Source: Rhizophagus irregularis (lineage: Eukaryota). Taken from it: 64,000 bases of DNA. Each line of letters opens with the position of its first letter. Position 1 is the first letter of the stretch. Below, piece after piece: positions 13,725 to 25,484 of the stretch. The stretch lies in the NCBI RefSeq assembly GCF_026210795.1, contig NC_089433.1:4712001-4776000 (forward strand), given 5' to 3'. The position numbers were made by a program, and so were the translations under genes. The notes beneath the pieces were generated by a model. It was not told where the DNA came from and ran no database searches. It worked only from the letters and a program-made list of their open reading frames with translations.

Positions 13725-16700
13725 GAACGGAATTCGTCCGATTGTACTACATAAGAGTGCTGCGGGTAACTTGAAAAATCTTGTTTTACAACTTCCTACG
13801 GTAGAAACTATTTTTGTACATTATTATCTTTAAAATAGATTGAATAAAAATAGAAAAATAAAGCAAACATTGTATTTCCAAAACACTAAAAAAGGAAATA
13901 CATTCAAATATACAAATTTACAAAAGTTCATATTGTTTTCATATTTTTAAAGTAAACGTGTAACATATTTATTAACATAAATGGAATGATAATACCTTTC
14001 ATATTGTCGCACAAAAAAAAATTATTTAGAAAATGAACATTCGGGATAATCTTTTTAAGGAATATTTTGCAACAACGAATGAAATTCTAATTTAGTTAAT
14101 AAACTTCCAATGAAATTTTGTCTATGACAATATTATCATACCATTTTTTTTTGACGAATTCATTTATTTTCGTTTAATAACATTAAAATAGTTTCAATTA
14201 ATGATAATACATACATATACATACCGTACATTGATATTTTTCTTTTATGCAGAAATAATTTAATAATTTTTGATAAAAAATTTGCTCATTTACATATACA
14301 AAAATGGCTTTTTTTTCTTTGCAAAGTAAAAATTGATGAACCCCTGATTTTACCTAATTTTACCTTGTTATTGGATAATCCGATGCAATGCCTGCAATAA
14401 AATGTTACATCTTATGCGTTGTATGTTCAAATTAAGAAATTAGAATAATAAGATCGGATACACGACATAAAATTCCGGAATCAGAATTTCCGGAAAGTAA
14501 TCGGTCATTGATTTCCGTTCTTCCGTTAAAAAAACTTTGATCTAATCTATCGATTATTACAAATTCATTATTGCAGATAGTGCATATTTTATGCATATTT
14601 TTTTTTATATAAAGAACGACATAAAATAGTCCCAAAAAAATAACGACAATAAGTTTTAATTTTAACGATAAAAAACCTGTTAACGAACAATTACTAAGAT
14701 TAAACTTTTATTTTTTTTTGTTTAAAAGTTTAGTCTTAAAAATTTTTTCACACCCTTTTTTTAAATATAAATCTCATTATTTTCTCGAATTATATAAATA
14801 AACCATCTTCTCTCTCCTTCAGTACATATAAAATTATCATAAAAAAAAAAACTTATAATCATATATTAAAATCATTATACATATACTTATAATCTTACAA
14901 TCATACATTTATATATTTCACATTTCACGTCTTAAAAAATTCTTTCTTAAACAACAAAAACTTACAATAATTATTCATCATGTGGCAAAGATTTTTAGGA
15001 GCTTCTTCACTTGTCGCAGTTGTCGCGATAAATACTACTTCAAAAGTCGTTCATCCTCCACAGGATCATCATCACCATCATACTCATCATAATAAAAAGT
15101 AAGTTATATATATCTATGATTCATCGTTACATATATATTATTATATACCGTACGAAACTTGTAATTAATAATTAACTTTCTTTATAGGGAAGAAAATCAT
15201 GATTATAATCATTACAATAATCAACCTCATTATCATTTTACATTCTCAAGAAATGGTCAGACTGAAAATACTGATCCTATAAACAACACTAAATCAAAAA
15301 AGTCAAAATCCAACAAGCGACATACAAATAAACACTACTTATAATGATTTTTTTTTGATATTTTGGGACATTTTATTACGTTTTAATTTTCCACTTCCTT
15401 TTTTGTATTTATATTATTAAATGAATTTCTTTCTTTTTTTTATCTTTTTTTTTGGAAAAAAATTAAATAAGTATTATATTAATTTGTATTAAATGTAATT
15501 TAAATAAAAAAAAATCATTTCATACTTTTAAAAAATAATTTTTTTCTTTTGTTGGTTAGCATTTACCAAATTAATTTCGTCTTTAAAAAGTAAAAAAAAT
15601 AGAGTCCAAACGACTATCAACCAATAGATCGACGCTCATTGACGCTATTAAAAAGGTTAAAGGTGAAACAATAAACATATTTATACAAGTTTTTTCTAGA
15701 TCGTTAATAATAAAACCCTCCTGAAAAGTTAAGAAGGAAATTTAGGCGCTTTCCTGAAATAATAACGATAATAAATTTGTTTAGGATCTCATATACTTTT
15801 CCTTAGAAAGTTGGCTGTAGGTTGCTGTAGGTTGATACTAGCTATACTTGTAATAAAATTATTTGCGCATTTGTATTAGTTCGATTTCTTCTATTTTTGA
15901 TACCCTTTTATATTTTTTAAAAATTTTTTGTTAATTAACAATATCGTGTTATTTTAGAATAATCCAAAAGTTTTTTAGCGGAGATGGTTACACCAATCAC
16001 GGGACTGACTTTTTTCCATATTTAAACGAGATTTTTGATTTTCTTTTTGCGAGAAAAAATTTTTTTTTTCCTTCCGCTAATAATGAATTATTATTTATAA
16101 TGTGATTTTATAATAATTTTAGTGTAAGTCATAATATTAATTACGTTAAATTAATTTATTTATTTTGAATAACTTTTTTGAAAAAAAGTTATATGATTTC
16201 TATAATAAAGTAAGCATTTTCATTTTTACTTTTTTTTATATCAAAAGAAAAAAAAATAAAAGAAAAGAAAATATATATTTATATCTCGAAATTGACGAAC
16301 ATTTGGCTCATTTTTTTTTTCGCTGAAAAAATATATATATGTGTATATATTTTCCGATGAAGCATTTTAATCGACTTTTGAGAACAATTTTTTATCTAGA
16401 GTAAAAATTTTTTAAATTTTTTTTTTTATAAATACGAATAATTAAGATATTAATTTATCATTACTCCTTTTTTTTAGACATTTTTTTCGTTAACGTAAAA
16501 CGAATAACGTGTGTTTGATTTCACCCAAGCTAAACCATTCTATGGCTTTTTAGCGTCATACGCTAAATCAATTCATGGTTATAAAGAAGGAGTCATGGAA
16601 GGAGTCAGCTATCCACCCTTACTACATCACAGTTATGCAGTACACCAGAAGAACAAGCTGTCACAAATAAACCCGATAATTGTATATGAACTTGACTTGA

Positions 16701-16975
16701 TATGAACCTGGCATGTGTAATCACGTATATTATTTAACATATGATGAGTACGACTGTTATTCTAATGGTTCAAGAGACGATTACTAATTAGAGGGGGCTA
16801 AAAAATGTACTGTACAAAGCTACTATAAATATTTGTAGATTTTTGTTAGCGCTAATCAATAAAAGAAAATATGTATATATACATATTTTTTTTTTTTTGT
16901 AAGAATTTTTTATTCTAATAAATCTGACGATTCTAATTTTTAAAAGATTTAATAACTTGACGAATTATTGTATTT
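13725..16975 (+). repeat. Segmental duplication, copy A (paralogous to about 29431-33795)
   Basis: Colinear shared blocks, e.g. AACGGAATT.TCCGATTGT, GAACCCCTGATTTTACC, the small two-exon gene, TACTTTTCCTTAGAAAGTTGG and AAATGTACTGTA.AAAG.TACT.TAAATA.TTGTAG. Confidence 0.85.
14980..15344 (+). CDS. Small unannotated two-exon gene (14980-15098, 15188-15344), 91 aa: hydrophobic N-terminus, His-rich middle, Lys/Arg-rich C-terminus
   Basis: Translates as MWQRFLGASSLVAVVAINTTSKVVHPPQDHHHHHTHHNKKEENHDYNHY...KSKKSKSNKRHTNKHYL. It has a GTAAGT..TAG phase-2 intron, and both ORF and intron position are conserved in the paralog at 30737. Confidence 0.8.
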
Positions 16976-18845
16976 TGATTGGACAAATTAACGCATTATA
17001 AAATATTTTACAAAAGGATTAAAAAAATATTTAAAAAGATTCTTGACAATATATTCAAGAGCGGGAGAAAAGGTGTAAAATTTTTCTATTATTTTTTTTT
17101 TATTCTTATTTTATTAATATAGACAGAATTTTTCTATTATTTTATTTTATTTTATAAATTGAGACAATGACGGGAGCCATACAAGCCTGGAAGCTGTGTC
17201 TTTACAAAAGTGACAAACACGCACACGCTACAAGTTATTAACCAAACCTTCGCAAAGATCGCATTGCTTAATACTTAAAAATCAACACTAGGCATTGCCT
17301 GCATTATACAGAAAGATTCGAGATTAATTAGAAAAAAATTTTTCAAATTTTCTATTATTATAATCTATATTTTATATTACAATCATTAAAACATTATTAC
17401 GTGATGGTAACATTTCAGATCTAAAAATATAACTGATAACAAGTTACGTTATTATTTTTTTTTTACTTTATACAATCAATAATCAATGAAATTCAGTCAA
17501 AATTTTTTAAATCAAGATGATGAGATGATTTCATCCTCAAAAATCAAAATCCATTTTATTTTAATACAGAATTGATTTTAAATAATAATAAGAAAAATAA
17601 AAAAAAAAAATTACTTCACTTTAGGAAAGCCTGTCGGTAACAATTTATAATTCGGTTAGCCGGTCCGGTTAAAAATCGGAAAAATATATTATAGTAGTGG
17701 TCATAAGTATCCAACCCCTCATAATTTCTAAAGTCAAGTACAACGCCATTAAAATTTTTTAGAGTTTAAGTGTGATGCTAACCTTGATAAAGTGTAGAAT
17801 TATAAACATTATGATCGATGAATTTTAACTGCAAAATGCCGATCTTTTCTTACGTTATGCGTATAGAACTAAGGTGAAATTAAAAAAATTCTATAATGGC
17901 TCTTGAAAATTTATATTTCAAAAAAAAAACTATATACCTAGAAGGTTAAGGCATGAAATGATGAAGGAATGGAAATATTATGTCATAAATCTATTACTTA
18001 TGACCGCTATTGCACACAAAAAATCAGTCAAGGAAAAATACATGTGCTAAAGGGTATTTGCTTTATTAATAGTCTTCATATGATTATCCAAAGCTGTTTG
18101 TCCTTTGTATTGTTTATAACAGATGGGTCACTTAACCATTGCTTCTTTTGGTAAAGAAATAGTTGAAAGTGAAACAAGTTTCTAGAATATTGACGCAAGT
18201 ATATATACAGTACAATAAATGTAAAGCGGTAAACATAAACACCAGAGGTGTATTTAAGTAGCATAGTTTAATTTTATTAGCTGACAATTGATATGATGGT
18301 CCCTCTTACTGATCGCAAAAATGTCCCCAAAAATTTTAGGGACTTCCTCTATTGGCCGATATGAGGATAGAAATCATGTTTTTCAATGATAAAAATATTA
18401 ATGATGATGATAGTCATACATGTTATCTGTTATAGTCAATTATCTGGTTCAGTTTAATATTAAATACTATGTAATATGTCATGATTATAATATCATATGG
18501 TACAAAATACAAAAAGTTGGTGTAGCTAAATATTCAGTGCAGATACATTATTTTAATTATTTTATCATCAAAAGGTGTAGTGCTAGGACCCCAAAATATA
18601 TATACAAAGGTAAGGTGGCGGCCAAAAAAATTTACTATTAGCTGTACGCATTTTTTCAGGGCCGGAATTATGATAATATTGGTCAATATCCAAAAAAGGT
18701 AATACCTTCCACCAGGAATTATCTATAGGGAAAGATTTTCATAATTTTTTTTTGCTGATGGTACGCGAACTTTAACCTAACCTTTTTATGTATATTTCAG
18801 GGTCCTGTAGCGCTTATAAAATGCTGATGGCAGCTAAAGAACAAA

Positions 18846-19330
18846 TGGACAATTCTAACACTTATATTGATTGGTTAGAAAAAGCAATATCAGAAGATTA
18901 CATCAAATACCATATTATAATCATGAAGATTTTACTAATAAAGAAGGAATAAGTAATGGGTCTTTTAGCTTTAAAATTTCCATTTAATTTAACTATTAAC
19001 AAAATTGTAAATATTTAATAAACTCAAATGGAATTATAAATATAAATTAGCACTACAACTTGCAAATGCTGTAAAATGTTTAAAATGTTTGCATAATGAA
19101 GGAATTATTTATTGTAATTTGGTAACATAATAATTTACTGTATATTAATTTTTTTAATTTGACTACATCAAGCAATAAACTAATATATATGTTCATTTTA
19201 GCATGCATAAATGTACTTGTACTTCAAAATAGAATAAAGTTAGCAGATTTTGGTTTATTAAGAAATACTAACTAATAAATCATATAATCCTTGTTGTATT
19301 TCCTATGTTGACTAAAATATTTAAATAAAA
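18846..19330 (+). pseudogene. Degenerate TKL kinase fragment
   Basis: Fragments IDWLEKAISEDYIKY, YKLALQLANAVKCL, HNEGII and IKLADFGL are interrupted by frameshifts, deletions and stops. Confidence 0.75.
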
Positions 19331-19745
19331 GTCAACAATACAAATTAAATACAACCAACTATTGAGATAAGTACAAAAAATTTTACATCATTCTATACAT
19401 TAGAAATGGTTTTATATACTTATTATTTTAATAATTTATATTTGATAATTAAAAAAAAGATTTATTTAAATTACAAACTAAGTAATTTGTAAAATATTCA
19501 CTACTCTATCCTAGTGTTTATATAATTCTAAAAAGAGAATATGTATTTGATATTTGGATAAAATATAAAAAAAAGGAATTATTTAAATTACAAACTAAAA
19601 ATCTTTGAAACATCTTACTACTCTAGCTTTAGTGTTTAAATAAATCAAAAAAAGAATAAAATAAATAAAAAACAATTTTTGTTGAGTACATGATATCAAA
19701 TATCATTTAAAAAGAAACTATAAACCTTTTTTAAAACACAAATAA

Positions 19746-22700
19746 TTAGTCTGTTTTAATATCTAAATAATTAAATAAATAAAATTAGTTTCATGTAAAT
19801 AATTTGCAAATTAAATTATTTTATATCATACTATATTACATACCTAATGACTTCAAATTAACCATACATTCACTCAAATCTTCACTTACAAGCATTTCAT
19901 TCACTTTTATACTAGCTTGTGAATCTTCACTTTCAGGAATTCCATTCAATTTTTTGCTAGTATTTTCATCTGTTTTAATATTTAAATAATTAAATAAATA
20001 AAATTAATTTCACAAAAATCACTTGCAAGATTAATTTTATACATACTAAATTACTTACCTAACAATTTCAAATCTTTAATCATATAATCATTCAAATCTT
20101 CACTTACCAGCATTTCACTTTCAAGAATTTCATTCAATTTTTTACTAGTAAAATTAAGCAAGCGACTTGTATAACAAGCCTGTGGATGAGATTCAGTAAC
20201 AAGATTATTATGTTCAATTGGTGCATTTATAAATTCCATAGCATTGCGTTTTAATACTTCATCAATATCTTTAATTTCCTTGCCATAAGGAAGATAAATC
20301 CATTTTTTAATAATTTCTAAAACTTCCTCAGAAGATGGCCTTTTTAATGGATCTTCATCCCAACATTTTTTCATTAAATCTACATAACATTGTGGAGTAT
20401 TTTCAATAATTTCAGGACGTTCACCTTTACAAATACTTAAACTAAGTTGAATATCATGTGCTCTATTGTTAAATGGTGGTATTCCAGATGTAAATTCCCA
20501 CATAATCATAGAAAAACTGTATATATCACTAGCTGAAGTATAAGATTTGCCTCTTAAAACTTCAGGTGCCATAAATGGTACAACACCAAAAATCTTATAC
20601 TCTTTTAAAAATGATTTTACAGGTTGACATAATCCTAAATCACTAACATAAATTTTATATGCTCTATTCTTTTCATCTTTTTCATAATAATTATGATTTA
20701 AAATATTGCCATCATGAAAATCACAATGAATAAGATTTTGCTTATGTATCACATTAAGTCCAGAAATAATTCCATACAACATATATAATTTTTGATCCCA
20801 AGCACTTTCAACTATTCTTGTTAAGTTTTCTCTTAAATTACCTTTGTTTGCATAATACATTACTGCCATATATTTTAAAGTATCTGGATTTTTTGTAAAT
20901 CCATAAAAATAAATAATTTCAGATGAATCTAAACAACTTTCATGACATTCCCACTATAAAAAATAATAATATATTAATAAAAGTAGATTATAATTTAAAT
21001 TAAAAAAATAAAATAATATACTATCATACTTCATTTAAAAATTCATTCAAATTTTCATTTAAATTATTATGACATTTAAGAATTACTTCTTTATCATTCT
21101 TTAACCAAATAGCTTTGTATATGGTACCAAATCCTCCTTTATTAAGATATTCAACATTTTTAAATTTATTATAAGGAATCCATTTTAATCCTTTTTCCAA
21201 AATAAATTTATCCATAATTGTATTTTCACTTTTTCCAAATCTATAAATTTAAAGAATTAAAAATATATTAAAGTTTATAATAAAATTTACACTAAAACAC
21301 TAATGTTAAGATTAAAATTAACACTTACTCTAAAATTCAAATAGGAATTTAAGATAATATATGTCTTAGTTCTTGTATAAATATATACAATAATAAGTTA
21401 TATTTCACAACTTACCAACTAAAGTAATAGAAATTTTAAATGAAAGAATACAGTTAATAAATAAATATTATATAAAATATGTAACAATAAAAATAACAAA
21501 TAACCTACAAGCTATATTATTAAATAATTTTTAAATAAAGAATTTAGTTAGTTTAAATTATATGTAAATATTATAACAATAAGTAATAATAGAATTAAAT
21601 AAATAACTTACGATCTAAAAGAAATTACAAAATAATTTTTTAAATAAAGAATTTGATTTAATAGTTTAAATTATATGTAAATATTATAACAATAAGTAAT
21701 AATAGAATTAAATAAATAACTTACCATCTAAAAGAAATTACAAAATAATTTTTTAAATAAAGAATTTAGTTAGTTTAAATTATATGTAAATATTATAACA
21801 ATAAGTAATAATAGAATTAAATAAATAACTTACGAGCTATATTATTTTAAATAAAGAATTTAGTTAGTTTAAATTATATGTAAATATTATAACAATAAGT
21901 AATAATAGAATTAAATAAATAACTTACGAGCTATATTATTTTAAATAAAGAATTTAGTTAGTTTAAATTATATGTAAATATTATAACAATAAGTAATAAT
22001 AGAATTAAATGAATAACTTACCATCTAAAAGAAATTACAAAATAATTTTTTAAATAAAGAATTTAGTTTAATAGTTTAAATTATATGTAAATATTATAAT
22101 AATAAGTAATAATAGAATTAAATAAATAACTTATAACTTACAATCTATTGAATAAAGAATTTAGTTAGTTTAAACTATATGTAAATATTATAACAATAAG
22201 TAATAATAGAATTAAATAAATAACTTACGATCTAAAAGAAATTACAAAATAATTTTTTAAATAAAGAATTTAGTTTAATAGTTTAAATTATATGTAAATA
22301 TTATAACAATAAGTAATAATAGAATTAAATAAATAACTTACCATCTAAAAGAAATTACAAAATAATTTTTTAAATAAAGAATTTAGTTTAATAGTTTAAA
22401 TTATATGTAAATATTATAATAATAAGTAATAATAGAATTAAATAAATAACTTATAACTTACAATCTATTGAATAAAGAATTTAGTTAGTTTAAACTATAT
22501 GTAAATATTATAACAATAAGTAATAATAGAATTAAATAAATAACTTACAAGCTATATTATTTAAATAATTTTTTAAATAAAGAATTTAGTTAGTTTAAAT
22601 TATATGTAAATATTATAACAATAAGTAATAATAGAATTAAATAAATAACTTACGATCTAAAAGAAATTACAAAATAATTTTTTAAATAAAGAATTTAGTT

Positions 22701-25020
22701 TAATAGTTTAAATTATATGTAAATATTATAACAATAAGTAATAATAGAATTAAATAAATAACTTACGATCTAAAAGAAATTACAAAATAATTTTTTAAAT
22801 AAAGAATTTAGTTTAATAGTTTAAATTATATGTAAATATTATAACAATAAGTAATAATAGAATTAAATAAATAACTTACGATCTAAAAGAAATTACAAAA
22901 TAATTTTTTAAATAAAGAATTTAGTTTAACAGTTTAAATTATATGTAAATATTATAACAATAAGTAATAATAGAATTAAATAAATAACTTACGATCTAAA
23001 AGAAATTACAAAATAATTTTTTAAATAAAGAATTTAGTTAGTTTAAATTATATGTAAATATTATAACAATAAGTAATAATAGAATTAAATAAATAACTTA
23101 CGATCTAAAAGAAATTACAAAATAATTTTTTAAATAAAGAATTTAGTTTAATAGTTTAAATTATATGTAAATATTATAACGATAAGTAATAATAGAATTA
23201 AATAAATAACTTACCATCTAAAAGAAATTACAAAATAATTTTTTAAATAAAGAATTTAGTTTAATAGTTTAAATTATATGTAAATATTATAATAATAAGT
23301 AATAATAGAATTAAATAAATAACTTATAACTTACAATCTATTGAATAAAGAATTTAGTTAGTTTAAACTATATGTAAATATTATAACAATAAGTAATAAT
23401 AGAATTAAATAAATAACTTACAAGCTATATTATTTAAATAATTTTTTAAATAAAGAATTTAATTAGTTTAAATTATATGTAAATATTATAACAATAAGTA
23501 ATAATAGAATTAAATAAATAACTTACCAACTAAAAGAAATTACAAAATAATTTTTTAAATAAAGAATTTAGTAAGTTTAAATTATATGTAAATATTATAA
23601 CAATAAGTAATAATAGAATTAAATAAATAACTTACGAGCTATATTATTTAAATAATTTTTTAAATAAAGAATTTAATTAGTTTAAATTATATGTAAATAT
23701 TATAACAATAAGTAATAATAGAATTAAATAAATAACTTACGATCTAAAAGAAATTACAAAATAATTTTTAAATAAAGAATTTAGTTAGTTTAATTTTACA
23801 GTATGTAAATCTTATAACAATAAGTAATAATAGAATTAAATAAATAACTTACGAGCTATATTATTTTAAATAAAGAATTTAGTTAGTTTAAATTTTACAG
23901 TATGTAAATATTATAACAATAAGTAATAATAGAATTAAATAAATAACTTACGATCTAAAAGAAATTACAAAATAATTTTTTAAATAAAGAATTTAGTTAG
24001 TTTAATTTTACAGTATGTAAATCTTATAACAATAAGTAATAATAGAATTAAATAAATAACTTACGAGCTATATTATTTTAAATAAAGAATTTAGTTAGTT
24101 TAAATTTTACAGTATGTAAATCTTATAACAATAAGTAATAATAGAATTAAATAAATAACTTACACCCTATATTATTTAAATAATTTTTTAAATAAAGAAT
24201 TTAGTTAGTTTAAATTATATGTAAATATTATAACAATAAGTAATAATAGAATTGAATAAATAACTTACGAACTATATTATTTAAATAATTTTTTAAATAA
24301 AGAATTTAGTTAGCTTAAATTGTATAACAATAGAAATATAGGCATCATATAACTTACACCCTGAATTATTATTAATTTTTTTTTTTATTAGTTAGATATA
24401 AATATAATAAGAAAGGTATTTGCTATAAATTGAATATATTACTTACAATCTATTTATTTAAATTAAGAATATAATTAATTAAATTATATTAAATATTGAT
24501 AAATAAATATAATAAATTAATATTCTTAAGTATTATAACTTACTAGCTGTAATATAATTAATTAGTTGTTATTTGAATATTATGTAAAATAAATAAAGTA
24601 AAAAACTATTAATTTAAACAACTGATAACTTACAAACTATAGTATTAAATGAATTATTTAGTCACATAGGATATAATAAAAATAATAAGTAATTTTATTA
24701 TTATTTAATTATAAGATAACCTATTAACTTACGAGCTAAATTATTTAATATAATTTTTATATAATGCAGTTAGTTTGTATATTATATATAGGTTTATTTA
24801 CAGATAAGTATTCAAATTATTTGCAATAAAAATTTAATATTTCAGATACCTTCAAATTCTTCAGAGCCATTTTTATTTTCTTCAGAGCCATTTTTTTTAT
24901 TAATACTACCGGAAACTAGTTTTATCATATTACCAATTTGTTAAAAATTTCAAAATTCTTATTGTATTAAATGTTCATACTATATATACGATTTTTACCT
25001 TTACCAATACATTGACCCAT
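19746..25020 (-). CDS. TKL kinase with N-terminal MGQCIGK motif and a micro-exon-encoded segment; exons 25020-24999, 24915-24850, 33 x 3-nt micro-exons (24735 to 21416), 1-nt exon 21329, 21240-21030, 20953-20059, 19969-19844, 19762-19746 (478 aa if all included)
   Basis: The kinase motifs GGFGTIYKA, VILK, IHCDFHDGNIL, DLG, APE and DIYSF are intact. Every junction is GT-AG and the exon lengths sum to 1437 nt with no internal stop. The kinase part is high confidence; the micro-exon N-terminus is inferred. Confidence 0.75.
21241..24849 (-). repeat. Tandem array of about 87-120-bp units, each one intron plus a 3-nt exon; near-identical core at about 21500-24310, diverged units at both ends
   Basis: The plus-strand pattern ACTTAC-NNN-CT(A/G) recurs 33 times (once as ACCTAC), equal to minus-strand YAG|NNN|GTAAGT. 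Most units contain TTAGTT(AG), i.e. a minus-strand CTAAC/CTAA branch-point-like motif. Confidence 0.95.
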
Positions 25021-25484
25021 TACTATGTATTATATCAAAATTTTCTCTAACTGAAAAGAATAAAACAAATCTTTTTTTTCTTCTTTTTTTTATTATTTAT
25101 TAAACGCCTTATTAGTATGAGTAAATATGGTAATAATATTTATGCAAATTCATTATGTACATCATAAGTATTGCATATATGCACATATGACATAAATGTT
25201 GCATATCAATCAATCTTTATTGTTACGTAGCAAACATCACGAAATAGAGAAAATTGTCTCATATTAAATATATAAATTTCAAAAGTCATTAAGAAGGTCA
25301 AGTTTGGCTGCTTTGCAAGTTTACTTAGAATGACAAAGGTAGTTTTAAATATCACTATCGATTTTTTGTAAAATTGAAAAATGATCGGCACATATTCATT
25401 TTCTAGTTTTATTTTAAAAAAAAAGTTGCGGAAATATTTGGACAAAGTTACAAGTCAGTTACTAAAAACACTAAAAAATATATC

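Noticed and set aside
21241..21328. Extra 1-nt exon (TTTAG|T|GTAAAT at 21291) that would link the hydrophobic frame to the kinase
   Set aside because: It needs a 37-nt intron, far shorter than others here. The phase-1 model with MGQCIGK is in frame without it.
21500..24310. CRISPR-like array or plain satellite
   Set aside because: The context is eukaryotic, there are no unique spacers or cas genes, and the variable part is 3 nt bounded by splice signals.
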